Virus record (IMG/VR): IMGVR_UViG_3300025536_000017
Coordinates: 1 to 58,995 of that record
DNA: 58,995 bases
DNA from: a virus
Taxonomy: Duplodnaviria > Caudoviricetes
Reading direction: 5' to 3' (one strand)
Position numbers and translations under genes: made by a program. The notes below the pieces were generated by a model, which did no database searches, had not been told where the DNA came from, and worked only from the letters and a program-made list of their open reading frames with translations. Of this stretch, positions 28,364-37,483 are shown one piece after another (positions within the stretch are counted from its first letter, which is position 1; each line of letters starts with the position of its first letter).

Positions 28364-29079
28364 GCTGCATTCTCCTGTTCCGTAGACGGCTTGACGTTGG
28401 GATTCTTCATCCCGTCATTGGTGAGCATGACGCCGATAGAGCCTGCGAATTGCTGAAAATATGCCGCCGCCTTCTGTCCGCTTCCGGCATATTCAGCATC
28501 CTTGGAAAATGCTCGATACGCCACGTAATCGACTATGGCGTTTGTATAGATATCCGATCCGCTGATATTCACATCGTAGCTATTGATATCGTCCTCATTG
28601 GACGCTGGAATTGGAATGCCTGACGGAACTTGCGAAACGACGACCTCGACGATTCCGGTTCCATCGTTTGGCGGGTAGACCCAAAAAATGTTCTTTTCTT
28701 TTGCGTCGAACGCAGCATTTCGAACGATCTTAGCCGCCTGAGTCAGTGACGTGTCGTGCCAATAAATATTTGATGCGTCCAACATTTCCATATCGACAGT
28801 GCGAACCGCCTGCGCGCCGAGACGTGGAGATTCGCCTGTCGTCTTTAGGTTGCGCGTGATCTTCAGGAAATGAGGATATGTCGCCGGAATCGCTTGCCGC
28901 GTTCCGACAGCCAGCGCCAGAACAATCGATGTTGAAAAGGCGGTTGGCTTTAGAGCGACAATCTCGCGAAGCGCGTCATTAAACCAGAGTCGCAATTCAG
29001 GAAGCGTCCATCGAACGCTTTCTTCGTCCTGAAGGACGATACGAACTCTTTCAAGAACACCCTTTGCTGCGATTGGCAT
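28360..29079 (-). CDS. Adaptor protein (DUF6682-like)
   Basis: LQDE..VRWT..EL..W.NDA, GTRQ.IP, FWVYPP, YRAFSKDAEYA. Confidence 0.75.
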   Translation of the reverse strand: MPIAAKGVLERVRIVLQDEESVRWTLPELRLWFNDALREIVALKPTAFSTSIVLALAVGTRQAIPATYPHFLKITRNLKTTGESPRLGAQAVRTVDMEMLDASNIYWHDTSLTQAAKIVRNAAFDAKEKNIFWVYPPNDGTGIVEVVVSQVPSGIPIPASNEDDINSYDVNISGSDIYTNAIVDYVAYRAFSKDAEYAGSGQKAAAYFQQFAGSIGVMLTNDGMKNPNVKPSTEQENAA

Positions 29080-29405
29080 TATTCACCCCGAACAACCTTC
29101 GGCCGAAATTTCGACTTGCTCAGACTAACAGCGCGCAGCACTACGGCACCCTGCACATCTTTCTGCATTGGACTAGGCATGCCATTGGGGGGTAGCGGCG
29201 CTGGCGCGGGCTGCGCTTCAACCACCCTCGGCTGGACCTTGTAGATTCGAAACGTGCTGACGTTCAGAAACCAATCGATATGGTCCAGGTTCACAACCTC
29301 GGCGACGTGATCGCCAGATTCGTTCGGCATGAAGTGATACACGGTTCCGTCCATCATCTTCGGATGCGAACCATTGGGCCGCTTGATTGTGTGCTCGATG
29401 ATCAT
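29079..29405 (-). CDS. Hypothetical protein
   Basis: RBS GAGGA; Y.F.P...GDHVAEV motif; head module. Confidence 0.65.
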   Translation of the reverse strand: MIIEHTIKRPNGSHPKMMDGTVYHFMPNESGDHVAEVVNLDHIDWFLNVSTFRIYKVQPRVVEAQPAPAPLPPNGMPSPMQKDVQGAVVLRAVSLSKSKFRPKVVRGE

Positions 29406-29416
29406 CTTGTCCTCAC

Positions 29417-29449
29417 ATAAAATAGGCGTGGCACATGTAGCGCCACGCC
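29417..29449 (-). terminator. Probable intrinsic terminator after the capsid genes
   Basis: GGCGTGGC-9 nt-GCCACGCC stem followed by TATTTTAT on the minus strand. Confidence 0.55.
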
Positions 29450-29465
29450 ATAATCATGCAGACGA

Positions 29466-29936
29466 TTACTCGCCAGCGTTCATGCGATACCAGACGCCAA
29501 GATGGATGATCTTGCCGGCTCCGACTTCGATATCGGTTCCAACTTCAAGACCGATTGAACGATCGGATTCGCTTGCCGCGATCTTCAAGCCGGTAACAAG
29601 CGCGCCGCGCACAATGCTGGTTTCGCCAGTGTCGATTGACGCGGCGCTGAACAGTTCAGTGCCGAGCACTCGCACACTAACATCGTCGCCAATTTCGCCA
29701 GCAAGAATGCCGGCCGTGAGCGTGATGTTTCCAACGTCAGCCTCGCACCACGCATACCAATCAACGATCTCGCAGCGCGCCGGAAGAATGCCGATGTCAA
29801 CGATATCGTCAGCGTCAAGCCGCTCGCCGACAACCGAATACCAGAAGTCGGCAAACATAATCTCGCCAGAGCAATGCGGCATGGGAGTCGGACGACGATG
29901 TGAAAGCTTCGTCCATTCAGAAAGTTTGGTAGCCAT
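29466..29936 (-). CDS. Virion structural (capsid decoration/cement-like) protein
   Basis: Directly downstream of MCP; DIVDIGILPA...DRSIGL beta-rich pattern. Confidence 0.65.
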   Translation of the reverse strand: MATKLSEWTKLSHRRPTPMPHCSGEIMFADFWYSVVGERLDADDIVDIGILPARCEIVDWYAWCEADVGNITLTAGILAGEIGDDVSVRVLGTELFSAASIDTGETSIVRGALVTGLKIAASESDRSIGLEVGTDIEVGAGKIIHLGVWYRMNAGE

Positions 29937-29979
29937 TTTCGTGCCTCTCTATGAGAGCGAGAAGAATGATGCGCGCCGC

Positions 29980-31068
29980 TTAGAGCGGCGCGCTCGCGGT
30001 ATCGATGGCGATTACGCCGAAGTCCTTGGAGTTGAACCGCGTCTTCTTCACACCGATGATGGTGCCGGAGCCGAAAATCGGCTCGTTTTTGAAGTCGATC
30101 AGCTCCTCCTCCCAGGGGAAGGTGAGGCCGCCAGCCATTCCGAAGGCGACGACGCCTGCCTGCTTGCCAAGGAACAGCGCGCGCGCCGCCTCAACCGCGC
30201 CAGCGCCGTAATCGTTGAAGCGGATGACGCTTTCGTGCGAGTGCAGGATGACGTTGTTGATCATCCCCAAGCCTCCCTTGAAGATCGGGTTGTCGCGACC
30301 CTCGGCCGAAGCAGCCGCCTTCTGGATTTCGAGCCAACCAGCCGAGTCAGAAACACGCAGATCGCGCTCCTGATGCGGCGTCATGACCAGAACATAACGA
30401 CCCTCGCCAGATGTCATAACCGGGCACATATTGGCCGTGCTCGGGTCGAGGGAGCGCATCATGCGCGCCTCGGCGACGATGTTCTCGATGTTGTTCCGCG
30501 TCAGCTTGTCGCCGGTGTCAACGTCCGACTTCTGCGTGGCGTTGCCGCCGTAGAATAGATGGCCGGTATCGGGAGCCGTGATCGCGTTGCCAGCGTGACC
30601 AGTCCAACTCGTCGGCTCAAGGAAGTCCTCGTTGATGCCGCGCGCGCCGGAGAGGTAGATGAAAAACAGCTCGTCCATATACTGCTTCCAGTAATCGGAC
30701 AGGCGTGCCAGCGCGACCTCGCGAAGATTGTGCAGCGTGCGCTTGCGAGTCATTTTGCCGCCGGCCGACACGCTCTTGCGGGTCTGGTCGATGTAGACCT
30801 CATCGGTGAAGAAGCGCAGATTTTCCTCATTGCCGAGCAGGCGATCGTCGCCGACGGTCGGCCGGCCGCGCAGCGTCACGGAAAGGTCGAACGAAACCTT
30901 GTCGCCCGCGTCGCCTTCCAGGTCGCTCTTGCGCTGAATGATGGAATTTTCGTCCTCGCCGATGAACTTACGGGCGAAATAGGACTTCTTCTGAACCTCG
31001 GTAACGAGCTTGGCAGACCAGCGCTTTACGGCTTTGGCGTCTGACGTGGTGATGACGGTGCGAGTCAT
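29980..31068 (-). CDS. Major capsid protein, N4-gp56 family (DUF4043)
   Basis: AVKRWS, GDKVSFDL, IDQ.RKSV..GGKMTRKRT.H.LR, NPIFKGGLG, KKTRFN.KDFGVIAIDT; strong codon bias. Confidence 0.93.
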   Translation of the reverse strand: MTRTVITTSDAKAVKRWSAKLVTEVQKKSYFARKFIGEDENSIIQRKSDLEGDAGDKVSFDLSVTLRGRPTVGDDRLLGNEENLRFFTDEVYIDQTRKSVSAGGKMTRKRTLHNLREVALARLSDYWKQYMDELFFIYLSGARGINEDFLEPTSWTGHAGNAITAPDTGHLFYGGNATQKSDVDTGDKLTRNNIENIVAEARMMRSLDPSTANMCPVMTSGEGRYVLVMTPHQERDLRVSDSAGWLEIQKAAASAEGRDNPIFKGGLGMINNVILHSHESVIRFNDYGAGAVEAARALFLGKQAGVVAFGMAGGLTFPWEEELIDFKNEPIFGSGTIIGVKKTRFNSKDFGVIAIDTASAPL

Positions 31069-31078
31069 GGTCGCAATT

Positions 31079-31162
31079 CTCCTGATGGTGAAAAATCACA
31101 GCATCAGGCACGTGCAGCGCCGTCAGACTTGGATATGCTTAGCCTCGGACACGTGCAGCGTC
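31079..31162 (-). promoter_or_regulatory. Structured MCP leader: two UGCAC-loop hairpins plus an SD-sequestering stem
   Basis: GACGC-TGCAC-GTGTC (31162-31148), GGCGC-TGCAC-GTGCC (31121-31107), CCTGATG/CATCAGG stem (31108-31081) overlapping AGGAG. Confidence 0.6.
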
Positions 31163-31196
31163 GTCACTATCGGAATCAGTAATATCTGATTGCTAC

Positions 31197-31394
31197 CTAG
31201 CCCGCAAGTGGAGGGAATATCGATTTTTCGCGCGCCTTGCTCAAAGCTACATCTACGGCGCGGATGGCCTCAACCGACTTGCTGGATGGCTTGTCGATCG
31301 CGATACGAGCCTTCACCCCTTTTTTCACCTTAAGGGTAAAAGACACGTCGCCCACGACAACCTTATCGCCGACAGCAAGATCAATGATAAACAT
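31197..31394 (-). CDS. CsrA/RsmA-like (carbon storage regulator fold) protein, divergent
   Basis: 65 aa; MFIIDLAVGDKVVVGDVSFT...KG..ARIAIDKP aligns by eye with CsrA MLILTRRVGETLMIGD...VKG..VRIG..AP; Bcep22-like phages are known to encode CsrA-like genes. Confidence 0.65.
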   Translation of the reverse strand: MFIIDLAVGDKVVVGDVSFTLKVKKGVKARIAIDKPSSKSVEAIRAVDVALSKAREKSIFPPLAG

Positions 31395-31441
31395 CCGCGC
31401 TATCTCTCTACCAGTTTGTGCAAAACCGCCGCGCGACGAGT

Positions 31442-31552
31442 TCAGTTGCAGCGGTTAGAATGCACGACGCATTTCGCGACAGAGCACCCTGAAAGCGTCG
31501 CAGCGCCGACAAGGACCGCCAGCATGGACGCGACGAAGATCAGCGCGCGCAT
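31442..31552 (-). CDS. Very small lipoprotein (36 aa)
   Basis: MRALIFVASMLAVLVGAATLSGC-SVAKCVVHSNRCN; LSGC lipobox; starts 2 nt after the upstream stop; below ORF-track cutoff. Confidence 0.6.
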   Translation of the reverse strand: MRALIFVASMLAVLVGAATLSGCSVAKCVVHSNRCN

Positions 31553-31554
31553 TT

Positions 31555-31872
31555 TTATAGCCCATCCAATGTTTTTCGAAGATCGTGCAGGGCCGCGTTT
31601 GCATCGTTTATGTTTCTGGGCAGATCAACAAGCGCCCACGCGCATTCAACGCGGCACCAGCGGCGACTAGACGAGAAGATAACAAATTCTCTGCCCGCAA
31701 GCGTTCGCCTCTCACCAGCCACCGGATGAAGCCACTGGTGAGATCTGAGCTGCGCGCCGAATCCTCCAATCCATGTGTAGAGCCGTCCAGAGAGCCAATA
31801 GAAATGACTGTCATGATAAGGCGACTTCATTCCATTGCCGTTGCCGAAGATGATATGGTCAATTTCAAACAT
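31555..31872 (-). CDS. Hypothetical protein
   Basis: 105-aa ORF with GAGGG RBS in operon orientation. Confidence 0.55.
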   Translation of the reverse strand: MFEIDHIIFGNGNGMKSPYHDSHFYWLSGRLYTWIGGFGAQLRSHQWLHPVAGERRTLAGREFVIFSSSRRWCRVECAWALVDLPRNINDANAALHDLRKTLDGL

Positions 31873-31898
31873 TGCTGACCCTCATAGTGTTGCGCGCA

Positions 31899-31979
31899 TC
31901 ATTCGCCTATCCAACGCATAAACGCATCGATGATGTGCAGCGCGATGAAGATCAGCGCGATGTATAGAAACAGTTCCAT
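31899..31979 (-). CDS. Small membrane peptide (26 aa)
   Basis: GGGAGGG RBS; MELFLYIALIFIALHIIDAFMRWIGE. Confidence 0.5.
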   Translation of the reverse strand: MELFLYIALIFIALHIIDAFMRWIGE

Positions 31980-31998
31980 CGCGCCGCCCTCCCTGGGT

Positions 31999-32928
31999 TT
32001 AATTAGCTTCGAGATACGCCTGCTGCTGCGACGCCGACAGCTTGGCGAACGCCTTCTCGAACTTAACTGGGTTCGATTCGGCCAAGCGGTCGAGCGCGGC
32101 GAACTCGCCGCCGTCTGCGGACTCAATCTCCGCTGAAGGCACATTGGCGAGCGTAGGAGGGGCCTGGACGCGGCGAGGCTGTTTCCCGGCCTCCTTCGTC
32201 GTCCCTGACTTCTGCGGCGCTTCCTTGCCGCCCGTCAGCGCGGCGATGTCGCTCGTGAAAATCCGATGCGCCTTATCGAGCATCTGCCGATCCGAAAGGT
32301 TCTGATTGTTGGCGTCGGCCGTGACCTTACGAACAACGGAATCAAACGCGAGCTTCATGCTCTCGGATGCAGTAATCGCCTTTCCGGGTCCGTTCATGAA
32401 GCGGCCGACTTCCGCAAACCATGCGTTGTCGCGGGCCTGCGCCGTCATCTCCTCGGCCAGCTCGTTCTTGCGCATCTGCCATTCGATCTCGCCGCGATTC
32501 TTGGCGATCTCCTTCAGGCCGCTCGCAAGTTCGCCGGAAGTGATATCTCCCTCGTCAAACCTCGTCTGTAGATCGGCTTCCTTGTCGTCGAGCACGGCGA
32601 GCGCCGCCTTCGCTTGATCGACTGGCGCGGCCCGCAGCGGAGCGTCTACGACCGTAGGGCCTTCTCCACCGTCGTCATCGCCGGCTCCCGCATCATCGCC
32701 AGAACCGTTTCCGTCGTCGCCAGCGTCGGCGTTGGCGCTTGCATCAGTATTTTCTGACGAAGCAGACGCAGGCTTTCCGTCCTGTGCGCTCTCTGCATCA
32801 TCATCATCGCCAGCTTCGATGTCCCCATCATCGCCTTCGTCCGCACCATCGTCATCTCCTTCAAGAGCGGCGCGTTCCTCGTCCGACAGTATCGGCTCGA
32901 ACTTGTCGTCATCTTTTTCATCGGCCAT
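31999..32928 (-). CDS. Capsid scaffolding protein
   Basis: Acidic N-terminus, coiled coil, PPTLANVP.A...FAALDRL C-terminus; between portal and MCP. Confidence 0.75.
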   Translation of the reverse strand: MADEKDDDKFEPILSDEERAALEGDDDGADEGDDGDIEAGDDDDAESAQDGKPASASSENTDASANADAGDDGNGSGDDAGAGDDDGGEGPTVVDAPLRAAPVDQAKAALAVLDDKEADLQTRFDEGDITSGELASGLKEIAKNRGEIEWQMRKNELAEEMTAQARDNAWFAEVGRFMNGPGKAITASESMKLAFDSVVRKVTADANNQNLSDRQMLDKAHRIFTSDIAALTGGKEAPQKSGTTKEAGKQPRRVQAPPTLANVPSAEIESADGGEFAALDRLAESNPVKFEKAFAKLSASQQQAYLEAN

Positions 32929-33271
32929 TGATATTCTCCTTCTCCTGTAGTTCTTCGATCAATAGAAATCCAGCCGACGCATAAACGATGATGCCCAACA
33001 TCTCCGCTTTCGCCGCCTCGAACTCATTTCGAGAAGCCATCGATGTGGCTTCCTGCGCTTTCTTGCACACCTGGTAGGTGTGGCCGCCGAGCCCGACCAT
33101 GCGGGCAATTTCCATGATCGGCTGCTCAAGGAACGGCTTGTTGTTCGCGTGCCGCTCGCGGCCCTTGCCGCTGGCGGATTGCGAGAAGGCCGACCCAAGC
33201 ACGCGCCGGAGCGGCCCATAGAGATCGCCGTCTAAAGGCTCGCCGTCGTGGATGAGCTTGTGGGGCGTCAT
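32918..33271 (-). CDS. Conserved phage hypothetical protein
   Basis: GKGRERHAN..PF.EQPI...KKAQEA motif; coupled ORF. Confidence 0.6.
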   Translation of the reverse strand: MTPHKLIHDGEPLDGDLYGPLRRVLGSAFSQSASGKGRERHANNKPFLEQPIMEIARMVGLGGHTYQVCKKAQEATSMASRNEFEAAKAEMLGIIVYASAGFLLIEELQEKENINGR

Positions 33272-33501
33272 CAAACGCGCTCCGGCCAAGCCCAATAACG
33301 GCCAAGGCAATCATCCTTGTGTGAGACACTACCCTCGTCATAGACGCCGCCCCAATGCAGCACCTTTAGGTTTACATAAGGACCGTCAAAGCATTGCGTG
33401 ACGATCGCCGGATAAGGTCCGATGCCCTGTCCATTGAAATGCTTCGATGTATCTTCCGTGTAGAAGTGGACGATGCGTCCAACGCTCGGTTTCTGGATCA
33501 T
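33271..33501 (-). CDS. Conserved phage hypothetical protein
   Basis: KPSVGRIVHF...PAIVT...VNLKV...W.WPERV pattern. Confidence 0.7.
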   Translation of the reverse strand: MIQKPSVGRIVHFYTEDTSKHFNGQGIGPYPAIVTQCFDGPYVNLKVLHWGGVYDEGSVSHKDDCLGRYWAWPERV

Positions 33502-33504
33502 TTG

Positions 33505-33753
33505 CTATGCTCCGCCTTCTGCTCGTTTCTTTTGGCTCGCCGTATCAACGATGGAATGCTTGAATTTTCCTCTAATGTTTTGTCCAAAGAATTTTCCTTG
33601 GCTTTCCGACTTGTCGAAGTCGTCGTAGAGCGCCTGCGTCGTTTCGAAATAGACATAGTGCTTTCCGTTCTTGAACTTCACATGCAGCGCCTGCGCCGCA
33701 TTGTCGTAGCCGATTGACTCAATGAGCGACGACTTGATCGATTTAAGAATCAT
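33505..33753 (-). CDS. KTSC domain protein
   Basis: SSLIESIGYD...LHVKFKNG..Y.Y...S.GKFF..NIRGKF. Confidence 0.85.
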   Translation of the reverse strand: MILKSIKSSLIESIGYDNAAQALHVKFKNGKHYVYFETTQALYDDFDKSESQGKFFGQNIRGKFKHSIVDTASQKKRAEGGA

Positions 33754-33886
33754 GTTTCATCCTACAGTGAATGCCAGACCAACCTGACGATGCGCACCGC
33801 AAATACAGAGGCGCAAATCACCACGCCCCACATAATTGCGCGTCTCACAAGATCGTATTGGTCTGGCGGGAACATCATTCGACAAA

Positions 33887-34444
33887 TTATCCGTAGTTGG
33901 CCGCAGCGAGCGTCGCGAGAACAACGGCCTTGCCGTTGATCGAGGCACAGACCTTGAACGCAGTCTTTGCGGAGTCGGTGATCTCCAGAATGAAGATACC
34001 CGTCTTGAGCGTCTGCACGCGGATGGCCTTTTTGGCAGAGTAAATCTGAAGCACCGTTCCAGACGCCGATTTATTAGTGACGGTTCCCGACGCAGACGTG
34101 GCGGTAAGACCCTGGCCATCCGCATCATCGGAAAGCCAAACGTCCAGGTGATGCACCTTCGCAACAGCGTCGCCGTTTTCATCGGTCACAGTGATCGTGA
34201 CTTCAGACACGTTCGCAGCCGCGTCGGCCGCAACGCCGGTGACGTTGCGCGCCTCGCCGCCGGGTCCGCTCATCGCAGCGCCTTCAGCAACCAGACCGTC
34301 GGTCGTGATGCCGCGAACAGCGCCAAGATTGTTCTCGTCCATATCGACCATGACGCCCAACAGCGGAACGGGCGATGAGTTGACCTCGATCGTCCAGCCG
34401 GGAGGGGCCGAAACGAGCTGGTTGTTTTCCGGTAGAGCCGACAT
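33887..34444 (-). CDS. Hypothetical (probably virion) protein
   Basis: 185-aa beta-rich ORF directly downstream of the portal. Confidence 0.65.
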   Translation of the reverse strand: MSALPENNQLVSAPPGWTIEVNSSPVPLLGVMVDMDENNLGAVRGITTDGLVAEGAAMSGPGGEARNVTGVAADAAANVSEVTITVTDENGDAVAKVHHLDVWLSDDADGQGLTATSASGTVTNKSASGTVLQIYSAKKAIRVQTLKTGIFILEITDSAKTAFKVCASINGKAVVLATLAAANYG

Positions 34445-34445
34445 A

Positions 34446-36776
34446 TCAAATCACTCCCATGGGTTGAGCAGTCGGCGCTGAACCTTCTGCTGCTTGCTGT
34501 GCGGCTTGCTGCTCTTGCATAGCCGCTTCTTCTTGCAGCGCTTGCTGCTCGAACTCTTGCGTTTGCATCTGTCTGGCTTCTTCAAACGCCTCATCATCCT
34601 CATGCTCTGTGCGGCTCTTGAATCCAGCTTCATGCAGCACGCCATCTGCTACTGGAACCGCAGGCGGAGCGGACAACATGGCGATAGCTGTTTCGAGCGC
34701 AGCCTTTTGCGCGGCGACATTTTGGTTCGCGATCTCGGCGAGGATTTTGCGCGCGGCGTTCTTGGCGTCGCCGTCCGCCTTTGCTGCCTGCGCGCCCTTT
34801 AGAGCCGCGCTGGCTTGCTTTTCGGCGATCTCGGCCCGCTGTAGCGCCTTGGCCATTTCGGCCTGCTCCTGGGCCTCCTGCGCCTTGGCGATCTCCTGCG
34901 GCGTCGGCTCCTCTGCATCCGGGTCTCGCATGCCAGTTTGTTGCCGGATGCGGTTCACGATCTCGTCGCGGTTTGGAATATCCATTCCTTCGACAAGCAG
35001 ATCGAGCATGATGATAGCCATCTGCGGCGCGACAGGCGCGAGCTGCTGCAACAACTGCAACAGCTCCTCGCTCTGCGCTTGCCGCACGGATGCGCGCCAG
35101 TCGTCTTCCGATATGACGTAATCCGCCTTGGTGCGAATGATATCGTTCTCTGGAAGTCCGTCATTGACCGTGATGTATTCCGGCGTGCCGCGCATATTGG
35201 TTATGCGAAAGCTTTTTTCCTCAGTGAAAAACTGCTCGATGAGAGACAGCTTCTTTTCGCCATGGACCTGCTTCGCGTAGCGCAAATTGTCGAACACATT
35301 GGCGAGCGCTGTGGTTGACTGCTCCTGCCGCTTGCCAATGGCGACGCCGCTATTGGCGTTGGTTTGCCGACCCATGTATTCGTCTGTGACGCCCGACACC
35401 GATTGAATCATCGCGATGTTGCGACTCATCAATTCAAGATGCGCGGGCGCAAGCTCTCGGTCGGCATTCAGTTCAAGACTCTTGTTGGCTTTTTTGACGA
35501 TGATTGCGTTAGGATTCGCAACTTCTTCCGCCAGTTCATCCAGGTCATCAACAGCGCCTTCGTCCATAATGACCTTGTTGGACGACAAGATCGCCAGCGC
35601 CTTCGAAGCGCGCTTGTTGATATCGACCTGAATGTCGCGCAGCACGCGAATAATGCCGTATGGCAGGCCGTTCTTGCCGCGCCTGTTGCACCAGATTGGC
35701 GTGAAGGGGAACTTGTTGTGCCGATATGGAGACTGCGAAATGTAGAGTAGACCCTTCACGCACATGATTGCGACATGCACGCGCATATCTACCTTTTCGA
35801 CAATCGCAGCGCGACCAGCTCTAATTTCATCCTCGTGCGCTTCGTGGCCTTCCTCATAGGCTTGGCCGCTAAAGTCGCCGCCGCGTAGTTTCTTGACCTT
35901 GGTTGGATGGCGGAACCAGATTTCAATCAGTCGCACGCGGCGACGATTGTATTCAAACTCAACGTCCGATCGATCGAATACACCTCCCTCGAACATCTCG
36001 ATAGAGTCCATCGGCTCATCGCCGTAAATTCCATCGACCAACAAGCTATCGGTTTCGTAGGCGGCAAGCTGGATCAATTTGGCGCGCTGCGGGAACATCG
36101 CCTCGGCGATATCCTCATCAACCCATTTAGTTCGAATCTGGTAGCGGCCGTCCTCAAGAGCGCGATGCGTCGATGCTGAGTCCCAAAGCATATTGCGCCA
36201 GGATTCATGTCGATCATAGACCGGCTCGCCGTCATCGCCTTCGCTAAGCCCGCACTCCAACCAGCCGACGCCGACCTTAATCGCATCCTCGAACGCCGAC
36301 GACGTTGCGAACTGCGACATGTTCACATCGTCAATGTATTTCATTAGCTGCGTTTTGCGCTCTGCCGGCTTCGATCCATCCTTGCGGCGAGGCAGAATGC
36401 GGAAATCAGAACGCGCACGTTTCTCCGTGCCTGTGATTACATCGAGCGTCGGCTTGAGAACGTTGTAGACGATCGGAATCTGGCCTCTATCAGTGAGAAT
36501 TTCGGCGTCCGTCGTATCCCATTGGATGTTGTCGTAGTTGTCTTCGTCAATGTCCATTTCTCGGCGATTGTCGCTCTGTCGTCCAAGTTCACGGCGACAC
36601 ATGCCCATGAGTTTCTTGAAAAGCGCTCGGTTTTTATCGTTGTCCAACTCGCTGCGCTGCGGTTTAGCCGTGGCCTTTTCTGCGGTCGGAAGCCTGTTAA
36701 TTGCTGCCTCAGTCGTGCGACGGCCTTCGTTCAAATCCATGCCGGAGTGATCGGGATAATCGTCAGGTATCATCAC
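34446..36776 (-). CDS. Portal protein
   Basis: 776 aa; YDN.QW, RGQ.P.VYN, FPFTPIW..R...GLPYG.IR..RDIQ.DINKRASKAL, SGVAI..RQEQ. Confidence 0.9.
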   Translation of the reverse strand: MMIPDDYPDHSGMDLNEGRRTTEAAINRLPTAEKATAKPQRSELDNDKNRALFKKLMGMCRRELGRQSDNRREMDIDEDNYDNIQWDTTDAEILTDRGQIPIVYNVLKPTLDVITGTEKRARSDFRILPRRKDGSKPAERKTQLMKYIDDVNMSQFATSSAFEDAIKVGVGWLECGLSEGDDGEPVYDRHESWRNMLWDSASTHRALEDGRYQIRTKWVDEDIAEAMFPQRAKLIQLAAYETDSLLVDGIYGDEPMDSIEMFEGGVFDRSDVEFEYNRRRVRLIEIWFRHPTKVKKLRGGDFSGQAYEEGHEAHEDEIRAGRAAIVEKVDMRVHVAIMCVKGLLYISQSPYRHNKFPFTPIWCNRRGKNGLPYGIIRVLRDIQVDINKRASKALAILSSNKVIMDEGAVDDLDELAEEVANPNAIIVKKANKSLELNADRELAPAHLELMSRNIAMIQSVSGVTDEYMGRQTNANSGVAIGKRQEQSTTALANVFDNLRYAKQVHGEKKLSLIEQFFTEEKSFRITNMRGTPEYITVNDGLPENDIIRTKADYVISEDDWRASVRQAQSEELLQLLQQLAPVAPQMAIIMLDLLVEGMDIPNRDEIVNRIRQQTGMRDPDAEEPTPQEIAKAQEAQEQAEMAKALQRAEIAEKQASAALKGAQAAKADGDAKNAARKILAEIANQNVAAQKAALETAIAMLSAPPAVPVADGVLHEAGFKSRTEHEDDEAFEEARQMQTQEFEQQALQEEAAMQEQQAAQQAAEGSAPTAQPMGVI

Positions 36777-37206
36777 GAATCTCCGCGTGTTTCTGCTTGC
36801 CGTGCTCGTCGGTCATAACCAAATCCGCCAGAACGCGCTGCTCAGACTTTTCTGACCTCATAGGCGGAATTGCGAGCAGATCGCCGATGTGATCCTGAAT
36901 CAGAAAGCTGATCTTTACCACATTGCGTGGATTTCTCACATCTAGCCCCAAACATTCGCAGGCTTTTGCCGATTGCTCCACGATATGCGCCGGGTCTGCG
37001 TGCTCATCTGACCAGAGATAGGCGTTATCGATATGGACGACAAACGGAATCGTCCGCTTGCCAATGATCTGGAAGCGCGAGAGCAGGGCGAGACACGGCC
37101 GCTTGTCGGGTCCGCACCACGCGCCGTAAATCCTCACGTCGCCAATGGTTCGAACGAAGTGGTATTTATTCAAGTCAAGAAATGGTTTTTCGACCTGCAT
37201 CCTCAA
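36763..37206 (-). CDS. Conserved hypothetical protein upstream of the portal
   Basis: LDL....FVRT.GD...IQDH.GDLLAIPP; coupled to the portal. Confidence 0.65.
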   Translation of the reverse strand: MRMQVEKPFLDLNKYHFVRTIGDVRIYGAWCGPDKRPCLALLSRFQIIGKRTIPFVVHIDNAYLWSDEHADPAHIVEQSAKACECLGLDVRNPRNVVKISFLIQDHIGDLLAIPPMRSEKSEQRVLADLVMTDEHGKQKHAEIRDDT

Positions 37207-37483
37207 CCCCCTGCGCGCGGCTCTGAAATTCTTCGCGGCTCATGCCGTCGATCACGTAGTAAACGCGCCATGTCAACGATCCTGTGCCGGCGTCAACCCA
37301 TATCGTCTTGCGCTTGTAGACGGCGTTGACGCCTTGATCATTCATCAGAGCTATCTGATCGAACACACGACCAAATTCAAATTGAACATCATCGCCATCG
37401 CGCGGTCCTCCGATGATTCGATATTGCACTGAATTAGGCTCCATCATCCAAGCCTTCGTCGCCTTCTTCTCCGCTATCGACAA
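37175..37483 (-). CDS. Hypothetical protein
   Basis: IIGGPRDG motif; probable start near 37447. Confidence 0.5.
   Translation of the reverse strand: MSIAEKKATKAWMMEPNSVQYRIIGGPRDGDDVQFEFGRVFDQIALMNDQGVNAVYKRKTIWVDAGTGSLTWRVYYVIDGMSREEFQSRAQGVEDAGRKTIS

Noticed and set aside
29374-30558. 394-aa plus-strand ORF antisense to the MCP and decoration genes
   Set aside because: Shadow ORF from strong GC3 codon bias of the capsid gene; no recognisable motifs or RBS
32060-32090. GGTTCGATTC T-loop-like sequence suggesting a tRNA
   Set aside because: Lies inside the scaffold CDS; no cloverleaf can be built
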